From Bigelowiella natans CCMP2755 (taxonomy: Eukaryota; Protista; Cercozoa): a DNA stretch of 35,113 bases. The position numbers were made by a program, and so were the translations under genes. Under the pieces are notes generated by a model, which worked only from the letters and a program-made list of their open reading frames with translations, did no database searches and had not been told where the DNA came from. Numbering within the stretch: the first letter of the stretch is position 1; every line of letters starts with the position of its first letter. Where the stretch lies: the NCBI GenBank assembly GCA_000320545.1, contig ADNK01001968.1:1-35113 (forward strand), in the 5' to 3' direction. Below, in pieces: positions 21,042 to 33,330 of this stretch.

Positions 21042-21354
21042 GTTAGGTTGCCCTTAGAACATGTTTCAAACGACTTGATATCTTCTCGTGGCAAAGAAAG
21101 CGTTAGTTTCTGTGGACTCTTACAGAGTTTGTGGTGTGTGTTGTTGTTATCAAAAACTCTTAAATAAGATTGGGAAAGTGCGACATTCATCTTTTATTCG
21201 ATTGTCTGGACTACATGCACACCGCAAAGCTTCCTGTGCTCAAAGATGGATGGTACTCCATGCATTATTGGCAAGGCTAAAGACGTGGACCTCTTTCGAA
21301 TCGAGTTTTTCCTCAGATGTGTGGTCTTCAGTACTGAGCCAACATCCATTCAGG

Positions 21355-21387
<33 letters not shown>

Positions 21388-22608
21388 TTGTGGTTGTATG
21401 AACGTGCGAAACAGAGAGCGAAGAGAGAGAGATGCAACATCCATAGTCAACTCGCTCATTATTAAAGTATTTTGCCTACCATATACACATGTGTGCGCCA
21501 TATGCACTTGTATGCCTGCAGTAGACAGTAGGTTGCGAATTTTGCAACATTTGGTTTTATATTTCGTTGTCCCGCGATCTCACTGCAGCACACCACTACA
21601 TTTGATGCATCATGCTATCGCGAAGCACTGAAACATTGCACAGATCGTCAGATTACCTCTAGACTTGAGAAATCATACGCAGACATGTCATCATTTAGCT
21701 TTTTGACAAAAATGTTGTGTATTTTCACATCTCAAAACCACCCCAAAACCTTTCAAACGACAAACGTCTCGGGTTGCTTCTCGATCATGATGTGAACTGC
21801 TGCACTGGAGAGTCAAAATTTCTAATTTGTTTGCCGCTATAATTTCATCGTATCGCAGTTTGACTTACGTGTTTTCAGCTATAGACCACAAGTGAACGGA
21901 TCAAGTCTTCACAGCTAGAAAGCTTGAGCATTTGCATCAGTCAGTCACTTGAGCGGCGTTCCTAACAAACTTGATCTTGCACATCTAGCGCATCTTTGCA
22001 AAACAAATGAGAACCTTTCCGGAAAATGACATCTTCTTCGCATTCTGATGGTTGATCATCTCTCCACACGTGAAGCAAAATGCCCTTTATTTTGAGAGCT
22101 TCCGTGTGCTTGCACCATCTTTCATTCTGGGATTCCCAGAATCGAGGCGTCACATGCATGAACCATGATGTTGCACATCTCATCCTCACGAGTAGCCGCT
22201 GACACACACATTCTTTTTCTAGCCACTGCTATCATAGCCATAGCTTCCAGCGTTGAGGAAGAAGATAGGGCTGAGTTTGTAGACACACACCGTGCTCTGC
22301 AACCCATCCAAGCAGCTGGCTTTCTCAGCGAGTTCCGCACCCGATTCTCGGGGATTGTCCGAGCGTCCCGAGCCGTTTCTAGTCAGAACACAGTCATTTG
22401 ACACTGTCGCATCGGCAAAACCACCTACACGGCCTTTCCAACATCAATCCCTTGAACTCGAACAAAGTCAGGTTTTCGAATCTGCGACATTAACTTTTAT
22501 TGTCGCAGTCATAAATTGTAAGATGTTCCCCTTGTAGGAGAGTTGGGTTTTGCGGGTAGTCGTCAGCCCTCCTGCAATAGATCTAACCCCGGCCCACCGG
22601 CGAGCTGA

Positions 22609-25213
22609 ATGGACTCCCCGAGAGCGACCTCCCTAGTCTCTTACCGGGTGGTCCGGCCACTCGTGCGCTTTATTGCTCTACTTGCTTGTGCCACAACCGC
22701 GAGTATTGGGCTCCTGGGCGGTTGGAATGGAGGCCAGCACCAACCGTTGGGAGGTGCGGTCAGGACGCGTTCTTTTCTGAGGAGTCGTCCAAGATCACGG
22801 GCCTATCTTCCTTACTCACGCCTACTCGTGGGAGCAGCAGCAGGAGCGGCTTCTGGCGGCGAAGGGGGGTCTCACTCTCTTCTACGGCTTAAGCCAAAGC
22901 TGCGGATGAATGGCACTGCCAAGATTCCGGGCTCCAAAAGCATTTCCAACCGGGCGCTCATTCTCGCTGCTATTGCAAAGGTGCATGGATTTTTCGAATG
23001 CTTGTTTGCAAGTGTCTACGTGTATACAAACCACCAAAAAATGGATGAGAGGCTGAATGATTGCACAGTTTCCCCTAGGAAATTCAAATCCATCGAATAT
23101 CTTGAATTTTTTTTTGTATGGAGAGGTGCCCTTCTTCAAGCTGGTATTCCCTGCTGCGTATATTTGTTGTTCAATATGGCATTAAGGGAGAAACTGTGCT
23201 GGATGGGCTCTTGGAGTCGGACGACGTCCGTGTGCTAATTGATGCCCTTGGCAAGCTAGGTACGGGAAGAATGACACGGAGCAACTTCTGTTTAAAATAA
23301 CAATTCGGCAGAGTAAATTACGCTGTATTCTGGACTTTCTCACACATAATTTTCTCTCTCTCTTGATCAACTGCGGCATAAATCTTAGGAGTAGCTATCT
23401 GCAAGGACTGCAGCTCTAGCGTCGAAGAACAGGGAGAAGGAAGAGGAGAAGGAGTTGGAGATGATGCTGTTGTTTTCACGGTCTCAGGCACAAATGGCTA
23501 CCTTGCATACCCTGCCGCTTCCTCTGGTTGTTTCAGCCATTTTTTTAGCAGGCCCTCTTATTTCATAACGAGACTACTAATCTCATGCTCTAAGAAGAAG
23601 AAACCACCTTGACAATTCCCTTCAAATTCATTAGCCCTTGCCCAACCACAGTCCCAACCCCTCTCCCACGCACATCTTGTATCACACCCAAAAAAGAAAA
23701 AAAAGGCTCGTTATGGATGGGAAACGCAGGGACAGCAATGCGCTCGATGACGGCAGTTCTTTGTGCTGGTAAGTAGTAGTAGGATGCGTGGTATTCCATG
23801 GGATTAAGTGACTATCACTACTGCTTCTCCTGCTGTTGTTGCTGCTGCTGCTAGTTATCACGGTGTCTGTCTATCAATCGATGAGCTGTTTTCATTACGT
23901 TACTTCCCATAAGGCGAGGGCAACTTCACACTCGAGGGAGATCCGAGGATGCATCAACGGTTGGAGAAGAAGGGAGGGAGGAAGGAGGGGGTCTTGGATG
24001 GAGGAGAGATAGCTTCCACAGTGGAAAGATAAAGGAACAGCAGAAGAAGAAGAAGAAGAAGAAGAAGAAGAAGAAAAGGAAGGAAAAAAGAAAAAAATTA
24101 AAAAAGAGGCGACAATATCGATCAATGCATTTTCTTGCTCCTACTCCTCCTCCTCTTCCCCCCCCTTCTCCTTCTCCTTCCCCTTCTCTTCTGATACGGT
24201 CCTCTCGGCTCTACGAACATATTTAAGGCCTATATCCGACCTCGTCTCAGCGCTACAGAGCGCAGGATTTGGCATCGACTATCTGCAGAAGGAAGGGTCG
24301 GTTACCCAATTCATTCATAGCCTCCGAGTCCTTTGGGAGGGGGCGGGTGAATTTCAACTTTTAATGGCCCTCTGTCCTCCTTCAAACATGAAAATGATGC
24401 CGAGACGTTGATATCCTCCTGCATCTCGATCGTCGTCGTCGTTGTTGTTGTTGTTGTTGTCAGGTGCCCCCCCCTTCGCATCCGGGGGAAAGGAAGGCGG
24501 AGCATAAACGGTGCGTGTGTGAGACAAAGAGTGGGGTGGGGAGGGGGGAGGGGGATGTCATTCCAATGATCGAGGATCGGAAGATTAGAAGTTTGTGGGG
24601 GGGATTCTTATCAGCAGGGAAAGCAGGATTTAAATCATCGCCTTGATTGTGAGGATGATGGTGATGATGATGATGATGATGAGGAAGAGGAGGAGGAGGA
24701 GGAGGAGGAGGAGGAGGAGGAGAAAGGGATACTTGATTGCTTGATTGAGGAAGAAATAGTGGAAGCAAAAATATCTCTCATACGCGTATGCGACTCACAT
24801 ATGCATGGATGAATATTCGCGATCCGCCCCCTTCCCTCCCTTTCCCTCCCTTTCCCCCGATCTGTTTACAACCACTAAAAGATGTAAATTCGGTCGATGT
24901 TGACGGGAGTGTTTCGAGTCAATTTATATCCGCTCTCCTCATCGCTGCCCCTATACTTTTTCGAGGCCCCTCTGTGGAAATCGTACGATGCCCTTCCCCC
25001 CCCCCCCCCTGCCGAACTCGCAAAATGCTTTAACAAAAGAAATTGAATCCTACACAAAACATTTTTCTCACAGCGACATTTAAAAAAAAGGATACCTCTT
25101 TGATATTCTAGGTTTTGATTCGTAGTTCCCAATTTTTTTGTGCAGCAGCATGGAAGCTCCACATCATCATTCGATAGACGAGTGTTCCCTCTCTCCCTTT
25201 CTGTCTCCCACAA

Positions 25214-25261
<48 letters not shown>

Positions 25262-25702
25262 GTAAATATTCATAATTATGTCATCCTCATCAGAACGTGA
25301 GTTCCGCCTTGATATCGGCCCCATACGTCTCCATGACGGTAACAACGTGATCTGTTACTGAAAGCACTGAAGCAAGGAGGAGGCAGCCGTCGACCTACTC
25401 TCCCTCCTGCCTCTTTTCCACTTTCATTTCCATTTTACTGTTAGCCCTTCCTCGCAATGCATACGACTCAAAACCCGAAGAATAGAGCGAACCGGCTCGC
25501 CTCTGCTGCTGCGTGTTATTAGGTTGAGCTGTGTAGGATGTTCGGCGCCCAGATCGATGCCCTCCCAGGATCGACAAGATACAATGTTCGTAGAACTACT
25601 ACTGCTGCTACTGCTGCTTCTACTGCAACTGCTGCGGCAAGAGAGAGCGAGGAAGAGATGGGGAGGAGGGAGGGGAAGTATAGTGGTATTGTAAGCACGT
25701 CC

Positions 25703-25744
<42 letters not shown>

Positions 25745-26994
25745 TGTAATTGTGTCTCTGCCTTCATCATAATCATCATTATCATCATCATCATCATGGG
25801 CAGGTGAATGCTGTGGATTATAAGTCTCCAGGACGCTTGCAGATAGAACCGGATGCGTCCTCAGGTAGTGTATTTGGCGCCTGGCATGTCTGCTGCCCCG
25901 AACCGTTATTACGCCTTTGAATCGAGAAGATTTTTTTAACTTCTGGGCGAAATTCGATTCCCCAGTTTCCACAAATTTTAAGCGAATGAATGCGCGAATA
26001 ACTCGCTCACAGCAGAATAAACACATGAATCGACTCCCACACTCGATGGTGCCTGTATCTGTATACGCGCCCTAACAATGCACTGCGAACTCAAGAAGCC
26101 TGATTGAAACAATAACCTTCGCTCTCTCCCCCGGTGCAGCATCCTACTTCTTTGCTGGTGGCTTTTTGACAGGAGGTATTCCTTTCTTTCAGGAAGGGGA
26201 ACAAGAACAAGAAAAGAAAGAAGAGAGGAGGAAGAGGGGAGGGAGGCGATGAAAGAGAAGAGAAGAGAAGAGAAGAGAAGAAGAACACTATGTGCGTGGA
26301 AAGCAAGCTGCGAGCGGCTATTAGAAACTGCCGAGACGTTACGAATATTGTGGTATTCGTAACGTTTGCGGTGTCCGGGAATGAAATGCTTCCTTCTCAT
26401 GTGTCCATACTGATATCTAATACGTACCCTCCCCCCCCCCCCCAAGGCCCGGTGACAGTGCATGGATTTACGAAAGGGAAGACTTTGCAAGGAGATCTAA
26501 GTCAGGCTTGTGAGAAAAGAGATGACGTCTTTCTTCATCACCTTGACAACACACAAACAGCTCTGATGATATCAAGCCAAACACAATCATCTTCATCGCA
26601 ACATCATCAAATGGATATTTCTCAGGGTTCTTGGAGGTCCTAACGGAGATGGGAGCAAAGTATGTGAAGCGTGTTGTTGCAGTCAGCGTGATGGTGGTGG
26701 TGTTGTATATGTGCGCGTGCGTGCGACGATATACCTGTGCGAGGGCCCTTGTACCATGCTCCTTCTACGATCCAACGTTTGCGCTACACTACGTCAGAGT
26801 AGAATATGGCGACGATGAGGTTACCGTGTCGCGCGATGATAACGGTCGGTATTATCCGCTTTTCTGCACGCGGACGACGACGACGACGACGACGATGATG
26901 ATGATGATGATAGTTGGGCGTGATAAATGTATTTTCGGAGAATAAGAGCTATGCATTTCGCCACACACACACACACACATACACACAATTTTAG

Positions 26995-27043
<49 letters not shown>

Positions 27044-27606
27044 ATATTGCTCTACTGTCGAAGGCCTGATTCGAAGCATAACTGCTGATCTAAACGACAT
27101 CCCGGATGCGGTACATCTCTGCCGCCGCGCGCTTGCAATGACCTCAATAACTTGCTAGCACCCTACGTGTAACATGCCACACACACCAAGAGAAAGATTT
27201 TAAAAAAGAGAGAGCTCAAGACGATGATCGCGATGATGAGTCGATGAGCTCCATTCTAGAAGAGACCGGCACAGCCTATCGGTATCGTACCGGGTGCGAG
27301 CTTTGCAGCTGCAGCATGACCCTCGCATACAAAAAGGAATAGAAAACACAAATGCTTGCTGTTCTTGTCCTCATGGTAGGATTGTTGTGCAATGTCTCTG
27401 CTCAGGCGATGACCGTAGCTGTATTGGCGGCTTTCGCAGAAGGGTGTGATATATAGCCACCCCCTTACTTTACCTTCCCCCCTCCCCCTTGTTTTTCTTC
27501 GTCTTACGCCTCGTCCCGCTCTTCCTATTCCCCTGCCCCTTTCTACCACCCAGGAGGTCGCGCATTAGTGGAATTCAGAGCTGGCGGGTGAAGGAGTGCG
27601 ACCGAG

Positions 27607-27640
<34 letters not shown>

Positions 27641-28435
27641 CAGTAGTGGTAGTAGTGATGAATATGTCACGAATCTAGCAAGAGACAGAGAGTGTTGCTG
27701 AACATAAGGGAGAATCGTCTCTTGGTGGTACGGCTTTTGGAGATCATCTTCGCGTTTCTCCAATGGATCGTCTTAACTTCTTATGATTGCTACACCACCA
27801 ATAGCTCGACGCCATGACTCGGGAGCTGAGCAAAGCTGGAGCAGAGTAATGGCAGAATGCCGCAACGACATATTTTGCGCGCGATTGTCCAACACCTGTG
27901 CAGCCATTGGGAGAGGCGGGGGGGGGAGGAACGAAGATGTAATCTACTATAGAACCTTAGTGGAGGTTGTCTAAGTAGTCAATTGTTGACGTTTCTTCTA
28001 CTCTATCTCGTTGCTTCCCTTCGCTAAAACAATCAGGGTTAGATGCGGAGCGGACTGGATTGAGATCGATCCGAACCCTCTCCAAAAGCTGTCGTCATCG
28101 TTACCACCGCCGTCGTCGCACGTGCGAATAAGCACCTACAACGACCACAGGATCGCTATGTCGCTGTCACTTCTCTCGCTTGGGCCAAAAGGTCAGAAGT
28201 GAATTTTCCCCTTGTGGAGTGGGCGTCGGTGACGGCCACATTAGAGGTTGTGGACATTTAGCGTCTCTTCCTGATGCGGTCAGGCGTTTAATTCTGATAG
28301 TTCATACTTGACATTGCTCGGTACACATTTTCTTTGCTCCATCATGTTCTAGGTATGGCTGTGGAGATCGAAGATCCAGGCTGTGTCTCAAAAACCTTCC
28401 CAGAGTACTTCAAGGAATTCTTTCGCTTGACGTAG
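22609..28435 (+). CDS. aroA: 3-phosphoshikimate 1-carboxyvinyltransferase (EPSP synthase), monofunctional, plastid-targeted, ~21 exons
   Basis: Spliced motifs: IPGSKSISNRALILAA, LLESDDV, GNAGTAMRSMTA, GDPRMHQRPISDLVSAL, GCPPLRI, DGSVSSQFISALL, LISAPYVSMT, IEPDASSASYF, LQGDL.F, DLNDIPDAAMTVAVLA, IQSWRVKECDR, TYNDHRIAMS, IEDPGCVSKTFPEYF; stop TAG 28433-28435. The ~90-aa leader has a hydrophobic segment followed by an R/S-rich stretch. Confidence 0.96.
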
Positions 28436-28690
28436 AACGAATACCTAGAGGATCGAAGGACAACGGGTGCATTAAGGAAGACCCTCTGAAGCGCGGACGA
28501 TGGCTTACACGCCACGAGCCTGCGTGGGGCATAAATTGTTTTGCGTGCAACCCATCGTCTCTTCATCGCAGGCAGCGCATTTCAATTCAGTCATATTTTG
28601 ACGAGTCCTTTCTAGCTTTCTGTATTCATTTTGCTGGTAATTTGCGTCAGCACGGCCACACATACACATCATCATAGAAAGCTATGTGTA

Positions 28691-28747
28691 TGAGACGGAA
28701 GTAATGAATTGATTAAATCTTTTCAATGGTCATCCTAATGTAGCTAT
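28691..28747 (+). repeat. Dispersed ~55-bp repeat, copy 1
   Basis: gacggaagtaatgaattgattaaatcttttcaatggtcatc closely matches gacggatgttatgaattaattaaatcttttcaatggtcatc at 31312-31351. Confidence 0.8.
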
Positions 28748-28777
28748 GTCTAGATGTGTATGGCTGTACTTAGCCAT

Positions 28778-28855
<78 letters not shown>

Positions 28856-29424
28856 CACACATGTATATAGTATGTGCATAATGTAGTTTTTTTCCTGTGT
28901 GTCTCCAGTGTGCACATCTCGATCATTTGCCGAGGTCTTAACAAGCGGTTGGTTACTATGCTAGCTATGTCATAACTAGCAGGCTAGGCGCTTGCACTTA
29001 CTATAGCTAGATAGGCACATAGCACGCACATCTCCTGCTAGCCTGCACAAGGATGGGGAGGATCTATTAAAATCTAGCTGTACCTGGCTGTGGATTAACA
29101 TCTATATAATCTACTATAAAAATATAGAAGTGGCATTCATGTCACCTGCGCAGTACGCCTCCTTGCATGGCTAGATGGTCAAATGCGTAGCTATGAACAT
29201 ACATGCTGCACATTAGAGCGAGTATGAACGCATTTTAAACAATCATTAAAGCTCGTTATAGATTCAGCTACGTTGGGATGACAATTGAAAAAGTGTAATA
29301 ATTTGATTACATCTGTCTCATATACTAACATAGACACTCATACGTACATCCTAAGACTACAATGATCGCATGTTTAGGTCATAAGTGAAGCCCTAGCTCA
29401 TTATTAGTTTGAACAAGGTTCGTG

Positions 29425-29872
29425 CTACGAGAAGAGAGTCGCGTATTTTCCCGAGGTATATCTCAACATTTGGTTGTAAGTTTCGAGATCTGAAACATAA
29501 ATAAATGTAGGATCAGTACATGTCAATGCGTTGAACCGATATTAAATTTCCAAAAAACATTACCAAAACTCTCATCGACTTGAATGCTTTTTAGTTCTTC
29601 AACTGTCGTTGCATCACGAACTCTTCCAATAACTTCGATGTAGGTACTGCTTTGATACTTCTTGGCATCTACCGACCTGACGACGGAGCATTATCAGATG
29701 TGACAATGTGAATGTTGTTGATTGAATACCCTGTGACTGACACAGTAACACCAGAGGACGAGAGCTGTAGTTTTGGACTCTTGCCATCGTTCCCTACAAC
29801 TCGACCTATTATTCTCACAGTCTTGCCGGTGTAGTTCGAAAGGCGCTCTCCAGGGACTCGAAATGCAGGCAT
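29425..29872 (-). CDS. RPA3: Replication protein A 14-kDa subunit (RPA3), 3 exons
   Basis: MPAFRVPGERLSNYTGKTVRIIGRV..., then ...STYIEVIGRV...VDESF|DLETYNQML...YATLFS*. This matches the RPA14 OB-fold pattern (R.....L..Y.G+.VR++G.V; +E++G.V; FD+..YN). A short upstream exon is possible because an acceptor-like CAG precedes the ATG. Confidence 0.85.
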
Positions 29873-30187
29873 ATCCTGATTTCAAGGCAAAGGTTTCAGT
29901 TTTCGAGTGTGCAGTATCAAATAGTATTCGCTCCACTTATCAGTGGATAGGAATAGCAGTTCTTTCTATCGATACAGAAAAATACGGGAAACTCGCGCAG
30001 CTTCCGTCACCGTGAGAGGGAGGAATGCTCAGAATATGGAAGGGTTTGGAAGGAAGAGCTTCCCGCCTTTTTGTTTCCAGAAACACTCGTGGTGCAATGC
30101 ATGTGCATTTATCCCTGCGACATGAGATATTAGAAGACGTGAGGGAAAATTCGAGGAATCCTATTGCTTTGCAACCAGCTATCGAGA

Positions 30188-30973
<786 letters not shown>

Positions 30974-31310
30974 TGAAAGTAAACTAAATAAATATGGACT
31001 TCTTTGATAGTGAGGATAAAGAAAATCGGTTTGTGATGAAAATGCTGCAGCGCTAGCTACGCAACTAAATAACGGTACGACACATTCTGGATTCGGACAA
31101 CTTGCGACGCGCCATGCACTAACAGCCGCCTTAACTTCTGCATTGCTTATGTAACTCAAAATGCCAAAATGCCGATACTTCTAGAGCTAGAATGCTTTGC
31201 TATTGTAATTGCTGTGTTGTAAATGCCGTGCTAGCGTGCTAGCTTGGGTCCTGACGTACGCCAGAAGAGCTATTACTCGATTCGCAAATAATATAAATAA
31301 GCATGTATAG

Positions 31311-31485
31311 GACGGATGTTATGAATTAATTAAATCTTTTCAATGGTCATCTATATCTAGCTATGCAATGCAGCGGCTATCTAGCTATCTAGCTATGCAT
31401 GCTAGCATGCTAGCAGCATATGTGTGAGACGGGAGTCGTAACGAATAAATGCTAAAAATCCTTATTTCAATGATCATCCTAGGTG
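31311..31485 (+). repeat. Dispersed ~55-bp repeat, copies 2 and 3
   Basis: Copy 2 is at 31311-31365. A more diverged copy 3 (tgagacgggagt...aaatccttatttcaatgatcatccta) is at ~31425-31481. Confidence 0.7.
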
Positions 31486-32069
31486 TGCATGTAAGCGCAA
31501 CCTAACTACTAATCTTGTACTACACTACACTGCTCGTAGATGTTCTATACTATTCTAGTGTTGCGTGTGAGGGCAATTTTGTTCTTCTGAACACGTCGTA
31601 CGTCTAGCTGGCGCATTCACATTTCACGCTTATTGCTCGTGCGGCGACACTAGGACAGCATAGCAGCAGACTGAACATCATCGGTCATGATCGCACAAGC
31701 AATTTGTACCACAGCATAGTCCAATGTTGAGCATTCACATGTAAACATTCATCTCTAAAGATGCATATTAGACTCATCTGTGGGCTACATGCAACAAGGC
31801 GAAGTAGCTTATTAGTAAGCTCTCACCTTAACTCTCTTCTCTCCACTTATCATAGTTGGTTCAAGTTATACTCTTGCTGTGTTGCTACTCAAGCAGCAAC
31901 TACTATTAATTTAATCATCCCACTACTCCTACTCTTCCTACTCAGAAACAACGCCACTACGGCTGGGTGCCTCAAAATTCTACTGGAAGCGAAAAACGAC
32001 GACTACTATTCAAACACGGGATTCTTGGGGGAGCGGCCAGTTGCATCTACTGATAGGTACCAGAACAGC

Positions 32070-33274
32070 TCAGGTGCCTCGGGGCTTTATCTTGTAAGAC
32101 ATATTGTAAAGCGTGTCCTCGTCCCTGGCCGAACGAAGGGAGTGCTCAAGAAGCTCTAGGATGTTGGGCTTTGATTTCTGCGTGTAGCGATTGCCCTTGA
32201 ACAAAAGCGCATCGGACACGAGCTGCCCCATCCGCTCAATCTTCTTCAGGTTGACCCAGACCTAGAATGCGACGGCGGCGCGGGGGGGGGGGAGGGGGGG
32301 AAAGCAGGAAGAAAGTGGGAAAAGAACGTGTCAGAGATCGAAAGGCGATATGCGCGATTGCTGCACACCATGACGACATCCACCGGCACTTATTGAGGTT
32401 GTTGTACTAATAATCATCATCCCATCATCATCATCATCATTATCGTCATCATCGTCACACCGTGCCGTCATCAAACTTGGTCTTGATCTTGGGCTTGGCC
32501 TCCTCGTAGCACAACATGTCGCGCAGCAGCACTCCGAAGTACGGCACACAGGGCCGTCCCTTCTGCTTCTTCAGTGCGGCCCGATAAGCCTTGTAGTTCC
32601 CGGTCATGGCGCAAATGGCGGCGAGCTCGTTGAGCACCTTCTGGTCGAATTGTGGTTGGTTCTTTAGGATACGCGCTACCGGGGTCTGCTGCAAGCCCAC
32701 CATGATCTCGAAGAGGCTGTTGAAGTTGTTCTGGATGAAGAGGGCAAGAGGGGGGAGGGGGGGGGAGGGGGAGTGAGAATGGTCATCTGCCAGAGAAAGC
32801 TATTTACCGCAACGATAGATCATCATCCATGTTTAAAGTATGAATTCACCAATGCAGCGACAATTAATTAATACTCCTCCTTGTTATCTTTCTTCTTCTT
32901 CTTCTTCTTTCTTCTACGGCCACTATTATTCCTGCTTACTACTACTACTACTACCACAAAATAGCAGGTCTTCGCGACGCCAAGCCACCGATTCGCCGTC
33001 GTCACGCACTTTGGCACATCCTGCTGCAGTAGCACCGTAGTCCCCACCCAGCGCGCGACATGCTCCGAGATCTTCATCTGGTTTCGAGACGTGCCCTCAT
33101 AGCCTTTCTTGATGAAGTCGCGTCCACTCAAGCTCTGCAGCCGCCGCTGAAGGTGATAAGGGGAAGGGGGTGGGGGGGGGAAGGGTTATCCTATGACTTG
33201 CTCCGAGGTATTTAGATAAGTGGAAGAAAAGGCAAAAGAGGATGGGTTCTGATCGATTTATATATGTATGTACA

Positions 33275-33330
<56 letters not shown>

